A stretch of DNA of 64,000 nt from Octopus sinensis (GCF_006345805.1 NC_043003.1:55056001-55120000), one strand, 5' to 3'. Counted from the first letter of the stretch, positions 39,955 through 55,987 are shown. Numbers and translations: made by a program. Notes: a model not told the origin generated them from the letters alone.

Positions 39955-40533
39955 CACAGATAACTGATTTAGTGCGGATACATGATGTATGCATGTGAGA
40001 AATTCTGTGTGCTAGCCTCTCAAAGAAGAAGGGTAAGACTACTTTGAAGAAAATCCTACATATATTTCTTCTTTGAAGAAAGAACTAAAGATGCTCGGAA
40101 GCTAGTGGAACTTTGATTTTATTTTCATACTTTGTAACTATTTTATTGCATTTCATATATTTAGCGTTGTTAGTGTGCTTGGTATTCTTACGTTATTTTC
40201 TTTCTTTCATGTATTCGATTTTTTCCCTGAGTAATATCGTATGTATGCCTGTATGTGTGCATATGGTAGTGTGAATGTATGAATGCATATGCCTGTGATG
40301 TTTGTATGATTATTCGTGCGTATGGAATTGTCTGTTGCTGCACGTATAGGAATTTCTGTTGGGTTATTTGATTTTACTTGAATTTATCGCTCGTTGTGCT
40401 TTTTCTTCATTGCACTCGTCATTTGTCTCTCTCACAACACCAACAGATATATATTATACATATTTAGTATAAATATATATATACATACACATACATACAT
40501 TCAAACGCACACACACATACACACTACACACAC

Positions 40534-40564
<31 letters not shown>

Positions 40565-40691
40565 CAGACACATATATATTCTTAAGTTTGCGTGTTTCGA
40601 TGTGTAAGTCTGTGTCTATGTGTAAGTCTGTGTAGATGTGTTTATATACGTGTGTACATTTATATTTAAAAAGGAAGAAAACAGAAATGCA

Positions 40692-40730
<39 letters not shown>

Positions 40731-40949
40731 AGGGGAAGAAGGGACTGCGAAAGAGGTTTTAGTTTCCTATGGATATGGTTTTCTAAAATTCGTGTTTAAT
40801 TCCTATGTTTCCTTCAACAGTTCGTTCGGAGCATTTTCTCCAAATTTAAAATTGAACAAACTGCATAAATAAAACAAATACGTCCTGGACGTGTGGCATT
40901 GAATGAACTACAGAAAAAAGAAGTGATTCTTACTAATTTTAGAACGAAC

Positions 40950-41060
40950 GACAAACTGAGGATGAAAGGCAAAGTCAGCTGCATTTGAACTTAGAACGTA
41001 GAAACGGACGAAATGCCGCTAAGCAATTTGTGCTAACGATTCTGCTAGATTCCTGCTTCA
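40950..41060 (-). mobile_element. Degenerate SINE family B, 5' part
   Basis: ggatgaaaggcaaagtcagctgcatttgaacttagaacgtag...gaaatgccgctaagc. Confidence 0.7.
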
Positions 41061-41866
41061 TCCTATTGAGTATATATTAGGTTGAAGACATTTTCTTTTT
41101 TCACTGTTGAATATCTTAAATAATATACGTTGCTCCTTAATTAATTAATTAATTAATTAATTAATTAATTAATTAGTCTATTCATTTATTCATTTTATCT
41201 ATTTATTTGCAATGTACAGAGTTTGCTGTCCAAAAACTACTCGCATTTTTTCTTCTTTTTTTTGTCTATATGTGAAAACTCACGTCAACTCTAGCCGTCA
41301 GGAGACATTAATATGGTGATTATTTGCTGTAAAAGCCTATGGGTGTAAATTGCAGGAGATTACATCTTAATTATCTCCCTTTATCTTTCAAGTTCCTTAT
41401 CAAACACTACTAGCTGCTGGTACACTTTTCTTCAGAAATGAGATAAATTACTATTCATAAAAAGAAAATTTACATACATTATTCAGTACATCGTCTCTTA
41501 AATTATTTCCCCAACAGGCGTATTTGCAATATCGATTCCATCTTATACTATCTTCTCTTATTCCAATTGAAAGATATAGTAATATATATTTTTTTTATTT
41601 CACCTACTGGACATTCGTACGGAGAATCATTCTCTTAACTGTCTTTGGTTCTTGCATTTTTCTTCTTGCATTTTTTCTATCCCTCACCCTCTCTCTTTGC
41701 ATTCCCCCCTTTTCTCTCAGATATGTACTGAGTACTTATATTTCACATTAGTGATTCAAAAACATATGTGATAATATAATTGCGTTTGTATATATGTATG
41801 CGTGTCTACATGTGTATGCATAGATATTTTAAGCACATACTTAATCATACATACATGCATTTAAGT

Positions 41867-41906
<40 letters not shown>

Positions 41907-41912
41907 AGACCT

Positions 41913-43771
41913 CTCCGAGACAACATCACACAGGATGAATTGGTTGCCCTTCGCCACCTCCGTCGCCGCAATGACATTGTCATCAAACCGGCGGACAAAG
42001 GCGGAGCAGTGGTGGTGTGACGCGCAGATCTCTATAGGGAGGAAGCGCTCAGCCAGCTTCAAAATCCCCTCTTCTATCGCCTCCTCCCCCCTGATCCCAC
42101 CTCTTCCTACCAACAGCGAGGGTCCTCCACTATCCGCGAACTAATCTCCTCTTCTGCTCCCCCCCCCACCGCCACCAACCTCATCGTCCGCACACCCCGC
42201 ACCTCCACCATCTATTTCCTTCCCAAAATTCATAAGCCCAATACCACTGGCCGCCCCATCGTTTCCGCCTGTAATTGCCCAACTGAACACATTTCCCTAT
42301 ACCTCGACCGCCTCCTGTCCCCCTTAGTCAAAGCCCTCCCTTCTCACATACATGATACCAACCACGCCCTCCGTCTCTTCAATTCCTTTTCCTTCCCTTC
42401 CAGCCCTCACACCTCCTCTTCACCCTTGACATCAAATCCCTGTATACAGTAATTCCCCACAACGACGGTCTCCTAGCTCTCCAACACTTCCTCGACCGTC
42501 GTCCCGACCCCAACCCTAACACCCCCACCCTCCTCCGTCTGGCAGAGCTCGTCCTAGCCCTCAACTGTTTCACGTTCGCCGGGGAAACGTAGCAACAGCG
42601 GTCCGGGGTCGCGATGGGAACGAGAATGGGCCCCAATTTCGCCAATCTCTTTGTTGGCTACATTGAGGCCCAAGTATTCTCCCAATTCTCTGGGCCGACC
42701 CCAGAACTATACGGTCGTTACATAGACGCCACCTCACTTTCCCGCGAACAACGCTGCCACATCATCTCTTTCCTCTCTAATTTCCACCCCTCTCTACAAT
42801 TCACTTCCACCATATCCAATACTTCCGTTAACTTCCTTGATATCTCACTCAGCATCGACCATCCCTCCCACTCTCTCACCATCTCCGCCTTCTTCAAACC
42901 CACGGATTCCCACCTCTATCTCAACTTCTCCTCCTCCCATCTCTTCCACACCAAACGGGCCATCCCCTACTCCCAGTTCCTCCGCCTCCGACGCTTGTGC
43001 AGCCGCGACCAGGATTTCAAGACCCAGTCTCAATACCTGGCCCACCTGTTCAGGCTTCGAGGATACCCACTTACTCTGGTCATGAACGCCCTCGCCCGCG
43101 CTTGTCGCATCGACCGCACCACCGCCCTTTCTCCTTCCAATCACCCACCCCCCAACCGCACCCCCTTTTCCCTCCTTTTCCACCCCTCTACTCTACCCCT
43201 TCGTCGGAAGATACTTCATGCCTTCCGTCGTCTACAGCTCGATTCCACGACCCACCCCATTTTCCCCAGCCCACCCCTGTCCTCCTTCAAACGAGCCCGG
43301 AATCTACGCGACCTCTTGATCCGTAGCACCCTCCCTTCTTCCCCCTCGGCCCCACTCGGATCCTTCCCATGCTCCAGATCACGCTGCAACACCTGCCCTT
43401 TCATCACCAACACCACTGCTGTCACCGGTTCCAACCGGCGAAATGTACGTATCAGGCATTCTTTTACGTGCACCTCGTCTGGACTCATATACTGCATTAA
43501 ATGCAACCTCTGCAGAATGCTGTATATAGGAAAGACGGGACACCGGTTGTCGGACCGATTTGCCGAGCATCTGAGGGATGTTCGCCTACTTTCCAATTCT
43601 CCCGTCGCACGTCACATCCGCTCGGCCAGCCATTCCCCCGATGACATCTCGGTGTTTGGTCTTGCCCCACACAACGGCTCTCCACAATCTAGGCTTCACT
43701 TGGAGCAACGGCTCATATTCTTTCTACAGACTCTAACCCCACACGGACTCAACACAGCCCCCTCCTCTTAG
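41913..43771 (+). pseudogene. Penelope-like element ORF (Neptune-like RT + Cys linker + GIY-YIG), 5'-truncated and disabled
   Basis: IKPADKGGAVV, YFLPKIHK..GRPIVS, FTLDIKSLYT, GVAMGTRMGP, CSRSRCNTC, LIYCIKCNLC..YIGKT..RFAEH. Lesions: TGA at 42018, frameshift ~42410, TAG at 42590, catalytic YIDD reduced to YID by a deletion. Confidence 0.95.
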
Positions 43772-43864
43772 TGACTGCGCTCCACTTCTCCCCACTAGCA
43801 TCTTTTATTTCTTATTTATTATTTATTAATTATTATTCTTTTTTATTTTATATTTTTTAATTTT

Positions 43865-46800
43865 TATAATTGTCCTTATGCAGTCACACACACACACATA
43901 CTCACGTACCCACGAACACACCTACTCCCAACACACCACACACACACAACGTACATGCACATGTACGCACACATATCTTCCACACCTATACACACACCCA
44001 CAAACCCACACACACACATGCCCGTGCACACACACCAGGGACAATACTCATACAGATACGCACACTCCTATAAACACCTAGCTGAGACGCACAGATACAC
44101 GCTACGTAAGCGCACACACGCACACAAGCACGCGCATGTACCTTACGCACACAAAACTCCAAACACCCCACACGCATACATTCACACAAACACATAAACG
44201 TACACACACATAATACATACATAGATACATTCATACATACATACATACACACACACGATTACATACATACATACACTCATACATACATACACACACACAC
44301 ACATACATACACACACACATACATACACACATACATACACACACATGCACATATGCACACATACATACATTCACACACACATATACATACACACATACAT
44401 ACAAAAATACATACATACATACATACACACACATACATATACATACATACATACACACACATACCCACACACACACGCACGCACACATACATACACACAC
44501 ATACATACATACGTACACACACACGTACACACATACACACATACACACACATGCATACATACATACATACAACATACATACATACATAATACATACATAC
44601 ACACATCATACACACACACAACATACATACACACACATACACCACATACACATACATACACACATACACACACATGCACACATACACACACACATACATA
44701 TACATACATACACACACACACACACATACACACATACATACACACATACACACACACAACATACACACACATACACACATATACACATACATACACATAC
44801 ACACACATACACACATACACACACATACATATACATACATGCACACACACATACACACATACACGAATACACACATACAGACACACACACATACACACAT
44901 ACATAGATACATACACACATACACACACATACATATAGATACATACACACACATACATATACACACATACGTACACACAGCAACATACACACATACACGC
45001 ATGCACACTTACATACACACATACACATACATACACACACACATACATACGCACATACATACACGCACACACTTACATACATACATACACACACATGTAC
45101 GTGTGTGTATGTGTGTATGTGTGTGTATGTGTGTATGTATGTGTGTATGTATGCATGTGTGTATGTATGTATGTGTGTGTGTGTGTATGTGTGTGTGTAT
45201 GTGTGTGTATATGTATGTACACACATACATATAAATACATACAGACACACACATGCACACATACACGCATGCACACATACATACATACATACACATACAC
45301 GCACACACATACATACTATACACACATACACATACACACATACATACATACACATACACATACACACACACTTACATACATACACCCGTACATACATACA
45401 TACACACACACTTACATACACACACATACATACTTACACGAATACACACATACATACATACACACAGGCATACATATACATACACACATACATACACTCA
45501 TACATACACACATACATACACACACACGCACGCACACATACATACACAAACATACATATACATACATACATACACACACACATACAAACACACATACACA
45601 CACGCGCACGCACACATACAGACATACACACACACGCACGCACACATACACACATACACACACATACATACATACACACATACATACACACATACACACA
45701 CATACACACATACACACACATACATATACATACATACATGCACACACACATACACACATACACGAATACACACATACATACACACACACATACACACATA
45801 CATAGATACATACACACATACACACACACACATACATACACACACACACATACATACACACATACATACACACACATGCACATATGCACACATACATACA
45901 TTCACACACACATATACATACACACATACATATATAAATACATACATACATACATACACACACATACATATACATACATACATACACACACATATACCCA
46001 CACACACACGCACGCACACATACATACACACACATACATACATACGTACACACACACGTACACACATACACACATGCATACATACATACATACAAACATA
46101 CATACATACATAAATACATACATACACACATACATACACACACACAAACATACATACACAAACATACACACACATACACATACATACACACATACACACA
46201 CATGCACACATACACACACATACATATACATACATAACGCACACACACATACACACATACATACACACATACACACAAACATACATACACACACATACAC
46301 ACATATACACATACATACACACATACACACACATACACACATACACACACATACATATACATACATGCACACACACATACACACATACACGAATACACAC
46401 ATACAGACACACACACATACACACATACATAGATACATACACACATACACACACATACATATAGATACATACACACACATACATATACACACATACGTAC
46501 ACACAGCAACATACACACATACACGCATGCACACTTACATACACACATACACATACATACACACACACATACATACGCACATACATACACGCACACACTT
46601 ACATACATACATACATACACACACATGTACGTGTGTGTATGTGTGTATGTGTGTGTATGTGTGTATGTATGTGTGTATGTATGCATGTGTGTATGTATGT
46701 ATGTGTGTGTGTGTGTGTATGTGTGTGTGTATGTGTGTGTATATGTATGTACACACATACATATAAATACATACAGACACACACATGCACACATACACGC

Positions 46801-49510
46801 ATGCACACATACATACATACATACACATACACGCACACACATACATACTATACACACATACACATACACACATACATACATACACACACGCGTACATATA
46901 CATACATACATACACATACACATACACACACACTTACATACATACACCCGTACATACATACATACACACACACTTACATACACACACATACATACTTACA
47001 CGAATACACACATACATACATACACACAGGCATACATATACATACACACATACATTCACTCATACATACACACATACATACACACACACGCACGCACACA
47101 TACATACACAAACATACATATACATACATACATACACACACACATACAAACACACATACACACACGCGCACGCACACATACAGACATACACACACACGCA
47201 CGCACACATACACACATACACACACATACATACATACACACAACATACACACATACACACACATACACACATCACACACATACATATACATACATACATG
47301 CACACACACATACACACATACACGAATACACACATACATACACACACACATACACACACATACATACATACATACAGACACACACACATACATACACACA
47401 CACACACACATACATACAAACACACATACACACACATACATACGCACATACATACACACACACATACATACGCACATACATACACACACACTTACATACA
47501 TACACACACATACATACACACACACATACACACACATACATACACACATACATAGAATCATATATACATACACACATACATATACATACATACATACAGA
47601 CACACACATGCACTCATACACGCATGCACACATACATACATACACATACACACACATACATACATACACACACACATACACACAAACATACATACACACA
47701 CATACACACACATACACATACATACACATATACACACATACACACATACACACACATACACACATACACACATACATATACATACATACATGCACACACA
47801 CATACACACAAACACGAATACACACATACACACGCACATACACACATACATAGATACATACACACATACACACACATACATATACATACATACACACATA
47901 CATATACACACATAGGTACACACACGCACATACACACATACACGCATGCACACTTACATACATACACATACATACACACACACATACATACGCACATACA
48001 TACACACACCCACTTACATACATACATACATACACACACACATACATACACACCACACACACACACATACATACACACATACATACATAGACACATATAT
48101 ACATACACACACATACATATACATACATACATACAGACACACACATGCACACATACACGCATGCACACATACATACATACGCATACACACACACATACAT
48201 ACTATACACACATATACATACACACATACATACATACACACACGCGTACATATACATACATACACACATACATACACACACATACATACATACATACACA
48301 AACATACACACATACACATACACACACATACATACATAATACGCACATACACACATATACACACATACACACACACATACACACAATATAATATACATAC
48401 ATACACACATACACACATACACGCATGCATACATACATACATACACACACACATACATACACTACATACATAGATACATACATACATACACACACATACA
48501 TACATATACATACATATGTACACACACGCACATACACACATACACGCATGCATAAATACATACATACACACATACGTACATACATACATACATACATACA
48601 CACACGCTTACATACATACACACACATACATACATACGTACGTACATACATACATACATACACACACACATACATACCCACACACATACATACATACATA
48701 CATACACACATACACACATACACACATACACACATACATACACACATACACACATACATACACACACGCATAGATATACACGTACACACACACATACACA
48801 CATACATACATACACACACGCATACATATACATTCATACATACACATACACACATACACACATACGTACACACACACATATAAACATATAAACACACATA
48901 TAAGCCTCTACATTGTACACACACGCACACATATATACATACATTCAGTCGCACGCACATACACACACACGCACACACACACATTTACATATATATACTA
49001 TACACTCACACACACGTACACACGTACAAACACACACAAACTCTCATACACACCGACAGATATACATACACAACATACACCCTCCGCGCACGCACACATA
49101 CACACAAACACATACAAACGCACACATACACGCACACACATACACGTACATACATACACACTCACACAAATGAAGCCACACATACATCCCTACACACACA
49201 CACGCACGTACAAGCACACACGCACACATACACTAGGTTAAGCAGTTACTCGCCACACACCCACACTCAACGCATACACACACGAACACACTCATGCACA
49301 CACACACACTACAAACAACACACACACATGATACATATACCCCTTTGTTTTTTGACCTGGCTTTGACCTGGCTGGATACAAACAAGCTAGCCGTCATAAA
49401 GGAATGCCTTATGACAGCTGACTTGCCATTGCTTATTATTCACCACACATACACACACACACACACACGCACGCACAAACAGACTTGCCATCCTTGCATA
49501 CACACACACA
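43865..49510. repeat. ~5.6-kb compound (CA)/(CATA)/(CACATA) array with ~1.53-kb higher-order repeat and two inverted TG islands
   Basis: Rare words recur at +1527 to +1562 bp (44345/45875, 44975/46502, 45097/46626, 45464/47026). Confidence 0.93.
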
Positions 49511-49519
49511 CACGCACCC

Positions 49520-49946
<427 letters not shown>

Positions 49947-49951
49947 ATATA

Positions 49952-50003
<52 letters not shown>

Positions 50004-50021
50004 ATATATATATATTCAATA

Positions 50022-50225
50022 TGTGACCGCGTGTGTATCGTTGGCGATTTTCTTTCTCCGTCTTCCCTTCCTTGGACCTTTCCTTTTTCTATGTTTCTGA
50101 CGAAGAGCTCTGCTCGAAACTTTAAATCCTCCTTCTTTCTTTCCTTTCCTAAGCGTCCAACAACACTATACTTGTTCCACGTCCTCGCGTTGTTGTATTT
50201 TGTCTTTGTTCATGTTTGGATTAAC
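50022..50225 (+). mobile_element. Second short PLE terminal-repeat copy with HHR 50093-50127 (canonical CUGACGA core)
   Basis: GUUU-CUGACGA-A-GAGC ucu GCUC-GAAA-CU-UU-AAAU; ends tgtttggattaac(ta)n. Confidence 0.85.
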
Positions 50226-50237
50226 TATATATATAAA

Positions 50238-50620
50238 TACTAGCAGTATCGCCTGGCGTTGCTTGGGTTTGTAAGGGAAATAACTATATAAGCATTTTTA
50301 GAGAGTTATAGCCAAAAAATAGCAAAGAAATGCATTAAAAATGGAAACAAAATGATGGTAATTTTTTTTTTAAATCGTTGACTCATCGTAGACATTTTAG
50401 AGAGTTACTTCCCTTATATAATAGCGAAAAAATGCATTAAAATGGAAAGAAATGATGGTAATTTTTCTTTAAAATCGTAGACGCACGCTAATACCCAGAA
50501 GGGCTCGATATGAATCACGACTATAAGATACCCAGTTTTGGTTAAACTGCACCGCAAAATATGGGAGTAGTTCGGAATCTAAATCGTAGGAGACAGACAC
50601 AACTTGACTTTTATATATAA
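50238..50620 (+). mobile_element. Non-autonomous Helitron/Helentron-like (DINE-1/Lep1-type) element
   Basis: Starts tactagcagtatcgcctggcgttgcttggg (5' hairpin), has an internal ~100-bp tandem duplication, ends acagacacaacttgacttttatatata. Confidence 0.6.
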
Positions 50621-51014
50621 ATATATATAGTCAATTAAATCAACCCGAGACTAGTTTTCGGTCCTTTGTGTATTACAGTCAGCGTCGATCTTGTAAGATG
50701 AAACGCTAAACCCTGTAAAAGATAACTATCCCAATAGAACCCAAAAGAAAGCTTTCACCTGAAATACGACATCACTTTATAGCTTGTATATATAGAGCGT
50801 TATATTATATTGAAATCACTTTTTGTTACTACAGGCATACGGCCTGAAATTTTCGGAGAAGGACTAGTCAATTACATGGACCCTAATACCAATATTTAGC
50901 TCACACTTCTTTCGGTCTATTTTGCTGAATTGCTAAGTTAAGGGTACATAAACAAGCTATCGCCGGTTTTCAATTTTTAGTGGAAACAAAAACAGACACG
51001 CAGACATGCATACG

Positions 51015-51051
<37 letters not shown>

Positions 51052-51074
51052 ACACACATATATATATATATATA

Positions 51075-51213
51075 GTTAATCCAAACAAGAAAACAGAAAA
51101 AAAGAGAAGAAAAACACAGCAACGCGAGGACGTGGAACAATAAAAGTATTATTGACGCTCAGGAAAGAAGGGAAGGAGGGTTTAACGTTTCGAGCGGAGC
51201 TCTTCGTCGGAAT
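51075..51213 (-). mobile_element. Short PLE terminal-repeat copy truncated within HHR stem I; (TA)n on both sides
   Basis: AUU-CCGACGA-A-GAGC ucc GCUC-GAAA-CG-UU-AAAC at 51180-51213; 3' end ggattaac(ta)n. Confidence 0.85.
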
Positions 51214-51229
51214 ATATATATATAAAATT

Positions 51230-51790
51230 ATGGTATATTCCGGTAAGAACGTAGTAGAGTACAGTATAAAGCTCGTCCACCTTCAGATTTCACCCTAACA
51301 TCTTTGCATGTAGGTTTCTGTCGTGTGTTAATATATAATTGAAAATATTGGTGTGAACAAGGAGTACGGTCGAACATATATTTTCAATCACTACAATTGT
51401 TTCTAAAGCAACGTAATTCTTCAGCTTTGCAGGTATTTTATTACGTAACTGTTTCCCCTACATTATGTGATCGTGTTTCCTCAGGCGATATGTAAATATT
51501 GACTCCATGAGTTCAAATTCTCGGCTTTAAGAGCATCCTCTCAGTCTCGTGGCCTGAAGTTAATAGTAGCCATTGAGTTTATCAAGCTGTGTTGTTTATC
51601 AAACGGCTGTGAATGTGTAGTTGTAGTGAGGTAGTGATTCTGCTGCTGTTAAAGTGGTTGCTGTCTTAAAAGGGATTGGCATTTGAATTCTACGTACTGT
51701 TGATTTGTTCTTCATGCTTGGTTACTCAAGCGATTGTCCTTAGCTGACCTTTAAGGATCGACCCATATACTTACTAATGCTCGGATACAT
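51230..51790 (-). mobile_element. Degraded PLE 3' fragment (GIY-YIG C-terminus + HHR relic)
   Basis: KYMGRS...FELMESIFTYRL-like translation; relic CUGAAGA...GAAA-CAAUUG-UA at ~51389-51428. Confidence 0.45.
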
Positions 51791-51883
51791 ACACACATAC
51801 ATACCTATACACATACGCATACATATACATATATACATACACACAGACACACAAACACAGACAAACACATACATACACACACA

Positions 51884-51927
<44 letters not shown>

Positions 51928-52134
51928 AATATATATATATATATACGGTTCTGTTCGCTCAACCACATTCATATACGTATATAAATATATGTACATATAT
52001 ACGCACGCATATATATATATATATATAGGCACGCATATGCATACAGAAATGTGTGTGCGTGTGTCTGTGTGTGTATCTGTGTGCGTGTTCGTGTGTCTTT
52101 GTCTGTGTGTGTATAAAACTTAGATATGCTTCAA

Positions 52135-52300
52135 CCAAAGATTGGTCCAGGTAATGTCTAACTTAATAGCAACACCTGATGAGATTATCTAAATCCTCTT
52201 ATGTCACGTTTTGTGGTATCATGGTCCATTCGAGTAGGGAGTTCTTGTCGAGTGAATTGTATCCAGGTATAGGAGGCTTATCTTGTATTCTAAATTCATT
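52135..52300 (-). mobile_element. CR1/L2-type LINE 3' end
   Basis: DKPPIPGYNSLDKNSLLEW; tail ctattaagttagacatt...ctgg resembles 15240-15265 and 61440-61465. Confidence 0.65.
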
Positions 52301-52304
52301 TAGA

Positions 52305-52636
52305 GAAGCACCATAGCCATGTGTTGAGAGGGATTCTTTGGGGTTTGAATGATTCACCTCTGGAAACATGGGTGTTTCGTTCAACATCTTTAAACAACCC
52401 TTATTCAGGGACTTTTTGAGCGGAATGGGTCACTCGACCAGAAGAAAATTCTAACTGGGCCCCACCTGCAAAGTCATGTGCTGTTTATCTTGATATGAGA
52501 TCACCATATCGTGCACATATAGTTGTGATGCATGTGCCTAGTGTACCCTTATCAGACGAGTAGCCATGATGGGTATACTGGGCTTCGTATATTTAACCCC
52601 AGTGTCACTTTGATGGCATGCACTGCTCTCTCACTC
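52305..52636 (+). mobile_element. Family E copy, 5'-truncated
   Basis: Same 3' terminus ctctctcactc(aat)n as 5587 and 54008. Confidence 0.88.
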
Positions 52637-52981
52637 AATAATAATAATAGCAACAACAACAACTACAATAGCAACAACAATAACAACAACCAGAAAGGGA
52701 TTCATACAAATATATATAACCAACAGTGGTAGACTACAATATCGTTAATGTCGACAGAATTATTATCGCAGCTACTTCTGATAGTACTATTTGTGATTAT
52801 TTGTTATAATATAATTATACCCATATATTCCTGTATCAATTCATTTATCATCAAAATTCTTCTTATCATTGTTACAATCATTATTATCGTCAACGACGCG
52901 TCATTTTCATTGTTATTGTTGATGATGCCTTTGTTTTATTTTTGTTGTTGTTGTTATTTTTATTATTATCATTATCATTAA

Positions 52982-53033
<52 letters not shown>

Positions 53034-53036
<3 letters not shown>

Positions 53037-53350
53037 TAGTTTTACTTTTATAGCTTGCTTTCACTTCACAACCGAGCGCAGCTCTGTATGCCTTGGGTAT
53101 GTGCTGTGGTTTGGTTTGATGCTCTTATGGTTACTGTATTGAAACTGTTTTGCATAGGTTGTGTGCAGTGCCCAGTAATGCAATTTTCTGTATGTTATAT
53201 CTATTTGTAAGTCCTGGTGTTTTTTTTATGTATTTGTCTGAATATTTTTTTTATCAAACCTAATGCGCTCACTATGATAGGAAGTGTTTCTGTTTTTAGA
53301 TTCTACATTCGAGTTACCTCTATTTCCAGGTCTTTGTATTTCTGTTTTCT
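53034..53350 (-). mobile_element. 5'-truncated R4/Dong-type LINE 3' end
   Basis: KYKDLEIEVTRM*NLKTETLPIIVSALG...NIQKIALLGTAHNLCKTVSIQ*; 3' UTR ends actactg(aat)n. Confidence 0.88.
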
Positions 53351-53360
53351 TCTTTTTGCT

Positions 53361-53636
53361 GTTGTGTCTGGGAAGAGACATTTTCTTTTTGTGCCTTATA
53401 ATGTAACACACACACTGGTAAAATTTCACTTATTTCTTATTTTTGTTTTCCTAAAATTTTCGTTGCGTCTTGCAACCTTTTCAATAGCCTTGATTCTGAG
53501 AGTCAAGACTACTGAAAAGGTTGCAAGACACGACGAAAATTTTAGAAAAACAAAGATAAGAAATAAGTGAAATTTTTCCTCGTGTGAGTGTTACATTATA
53601 AGGCACAAAAAAAAAATGACGCTCCCCAGACACAAC
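53361..53636. repeat. ~275-bp diverged palindrome with an HHR module in each arm
   Basis: Arms of ~130 bp around the loop at ~53493-53501. Confidence 0.93.
53451..53487 (-). ncRNA. Minimal hammerhead, U3-A8 variant
   Basis: CUA-UUGAAAA-G-GUUGC aagac GCAAC-GAAA-AU-UU-UAG; the mirror copy 53509-53545 (+) has C3.A8 and a weaker stem II. Confidence 0.62.
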
Positions 53637-53943
53637 CGAATATGCTTCAACACACGAACTCATATAAAGAATCTTGGAAACCAAATCCAAAAACGAAATT
53701 CTTTTTTCTGCTTTTTCTGTCTTTTTCATTTCGCCTGTTATAAAATTGTAACTTAAAAAACTGATGATGTCATTCCCTCAACGCGTGGACACTGGTTGCT
53801 CTCGTTCATACTTTACGTTTAACTTTCTGTAATTTTGAATTTTTATGACTTCTTATTTTGAACTTGACAAAGATAGACGTAGTGTTGAAATATCGTTGAA
53901 CTAATAAAATATCTTACAATCGAATCGCGCTCTTCGCCTTGAC

Positions 53944-54007
<64 letters not shown>

Positions 54008-54538
54008 GAGTGAGAGAGCAGTGCATGCCATCAAAGTGACACTGGGGTAAAATATACGAAGCGCAGTATACCCGTCATGACTACCCGTCTGATAAGAGTA
54101 CACTAGGCACATGCATCACAACTATATGTGCGCGACATGGTGATCTCATATCAAGATAAACAGCACATAACCTTGCAGGTGGGGCCCAGTTAGAATTTTG
54201 TTCTGGTCGAGTAGCCCATCCCGCTCAAAAGGTCCCTGAATAAGGATGTTGAACGAAACACCCCTGTTTCCAAAGGTGAATTATTCAAACCCCAAAGAAT
54301 CCCTCTCAACACATGGCTATGATGCTCCCCCACTACTTCTGCTCGTGATCAGAGATACACATGTCAGCAGCCACTAAGGGACATGCTCAACTGGTTAAGG
54401 TCAAACAACTGACAAGCAAATCTGTGGTATTGAGCAGAATATTTGCTGTAGCCCATCTTTTATACCAAGACAAAACAATGTACATGATAACACTTCCAAT
54501 CAGTTAAGATCAGAAGCCATGAGAGCCACTGCCTGGTA
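54008..54538 (-). mobile_element. Family E copy inside an (AAT)n array
   Basis: High similarity to 5587-6137; (TTA)n on both flanks. Confidence 0.9.
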
Positions 54539-55884
54539 TTATTATTATTAGTAGTAGTAGTAGTAGTAGTAGTAGTAGGAGGAGGAGGAGGAGGAGGAGG
54601 AAGAGTAGGAGGCGGAGGCGGAGGGGAGGGGGAGACGAGGACCAGAACGACGACTGGATTTTCATCATGATTGTTATAATTGTCATTCTTTCTTTATTAT
54701 AGTTAATGCCATAAGTATTGGTAATATTATTGATTGATACATCTTTTCAATACTTTATTCATATATAAATAGCTACGCATTAATCCAGTTTCACATCTCG
54801 AAACACAAACATTCAAACTATCTTTGAATAACCGTTGATTCTTAAGCGTCCCCAAAGGTTACCAAATTTGGCCATCTTATAACCTTAATCCTAATGGCAT
54901 GCCCCTTCCGACTCCTACTTTCCATATCTTTCTTTCTCTCTCTCTTTCTCGCTCACTTTTTCTTTGTGCCTTTCCTTTTCACTCATCATCTTTTACGGGT
55001 TTACCCTTTTAAGATTCGTCTGCAAAGTATTATACACTTTATTCAACCCCAAACGATATCAATACGGCGTATTACCTTAACTACGAACTGCTTATTCAAA
55101 CGCCTGCACAAAGTGACCATTTCTTTACCCTTTAACCAATGTTCGTCGTTATCTACTATTGATAAGTTTCAGAAAGCATCATATATTTAGTCTGGCATTT
55201 GAAGACATACAAATATGTATTGAAGCAACTGTCATACTTTAAGGCTTCACCCTGTTATTAAAAGGAATATTGTCGACACATCTATAACCTATTCTTTTAA
55301 TTGTTTCTGTCATTTACCTGCGGCCGTGCTGGAGCAACGAATGATTTATAGACATATGGTCTAGTTGATCCATGCACTGCCTTTTATCTATCTTTCTATC
55401 CATCGACAAATATTTCTGTATACGTGTGTGTATCTATTTGCGTTTTCCATTCCTGATATATTTAAGTTCTTCCTGATGGTCGCTAACAAAACAAGAAAAC
55501 CCTTTTCAGTAATGAGAGTTCCTGGTATTTATAAATATAGTGTTGAAATAGAGCATACATATATGTGTGTGTGTGTGTGTGTGTGAGCCTGCGTGTTTAT
55601 GTGTGTGTATGTGTGTGTGTACAAATGCATATATATATATATATGTACACGCATATACATATATATATATAATGTGTATTTATACACATATACACACAGA
55701 TACACATGTATATTTATACAGAGCAAGAGAGGGAGAGAGAGAGAGAGGAGAGAGAGAGAAACAATTATCCGAATAAACAGATAACTTCCTGTGTTTTATT
55801 CACAAAATATATATACATATATATTTATATTCATGTATGACTGTTTATCTGAAAATTTTGAGACTGCCTTCTCTTCTAACGTGT

Positions 55885-55928
<44 letters not shown>

Positions 55929-55987
55929 TATGTGAAATAGAAAGATGAATAATCTTGTTGCAGATTAATCAAAAGTTTAACCGATAC

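Noticed and set aside
44231-49229. Long ORFs (up to 588 aa) of HT/YI/CV/MY repeats, and similar ORFs throughout the window
   Set aside because: Translations of CA/TA/CATA microsatellites, which lack stop codons in several frames; no coding signal
50645-50690. HHR-like words CTGAC...GGACCGAAAACTAGTC on the minus strand
   Set aside because: 5' strand of stem II is missing and stem I does not pair
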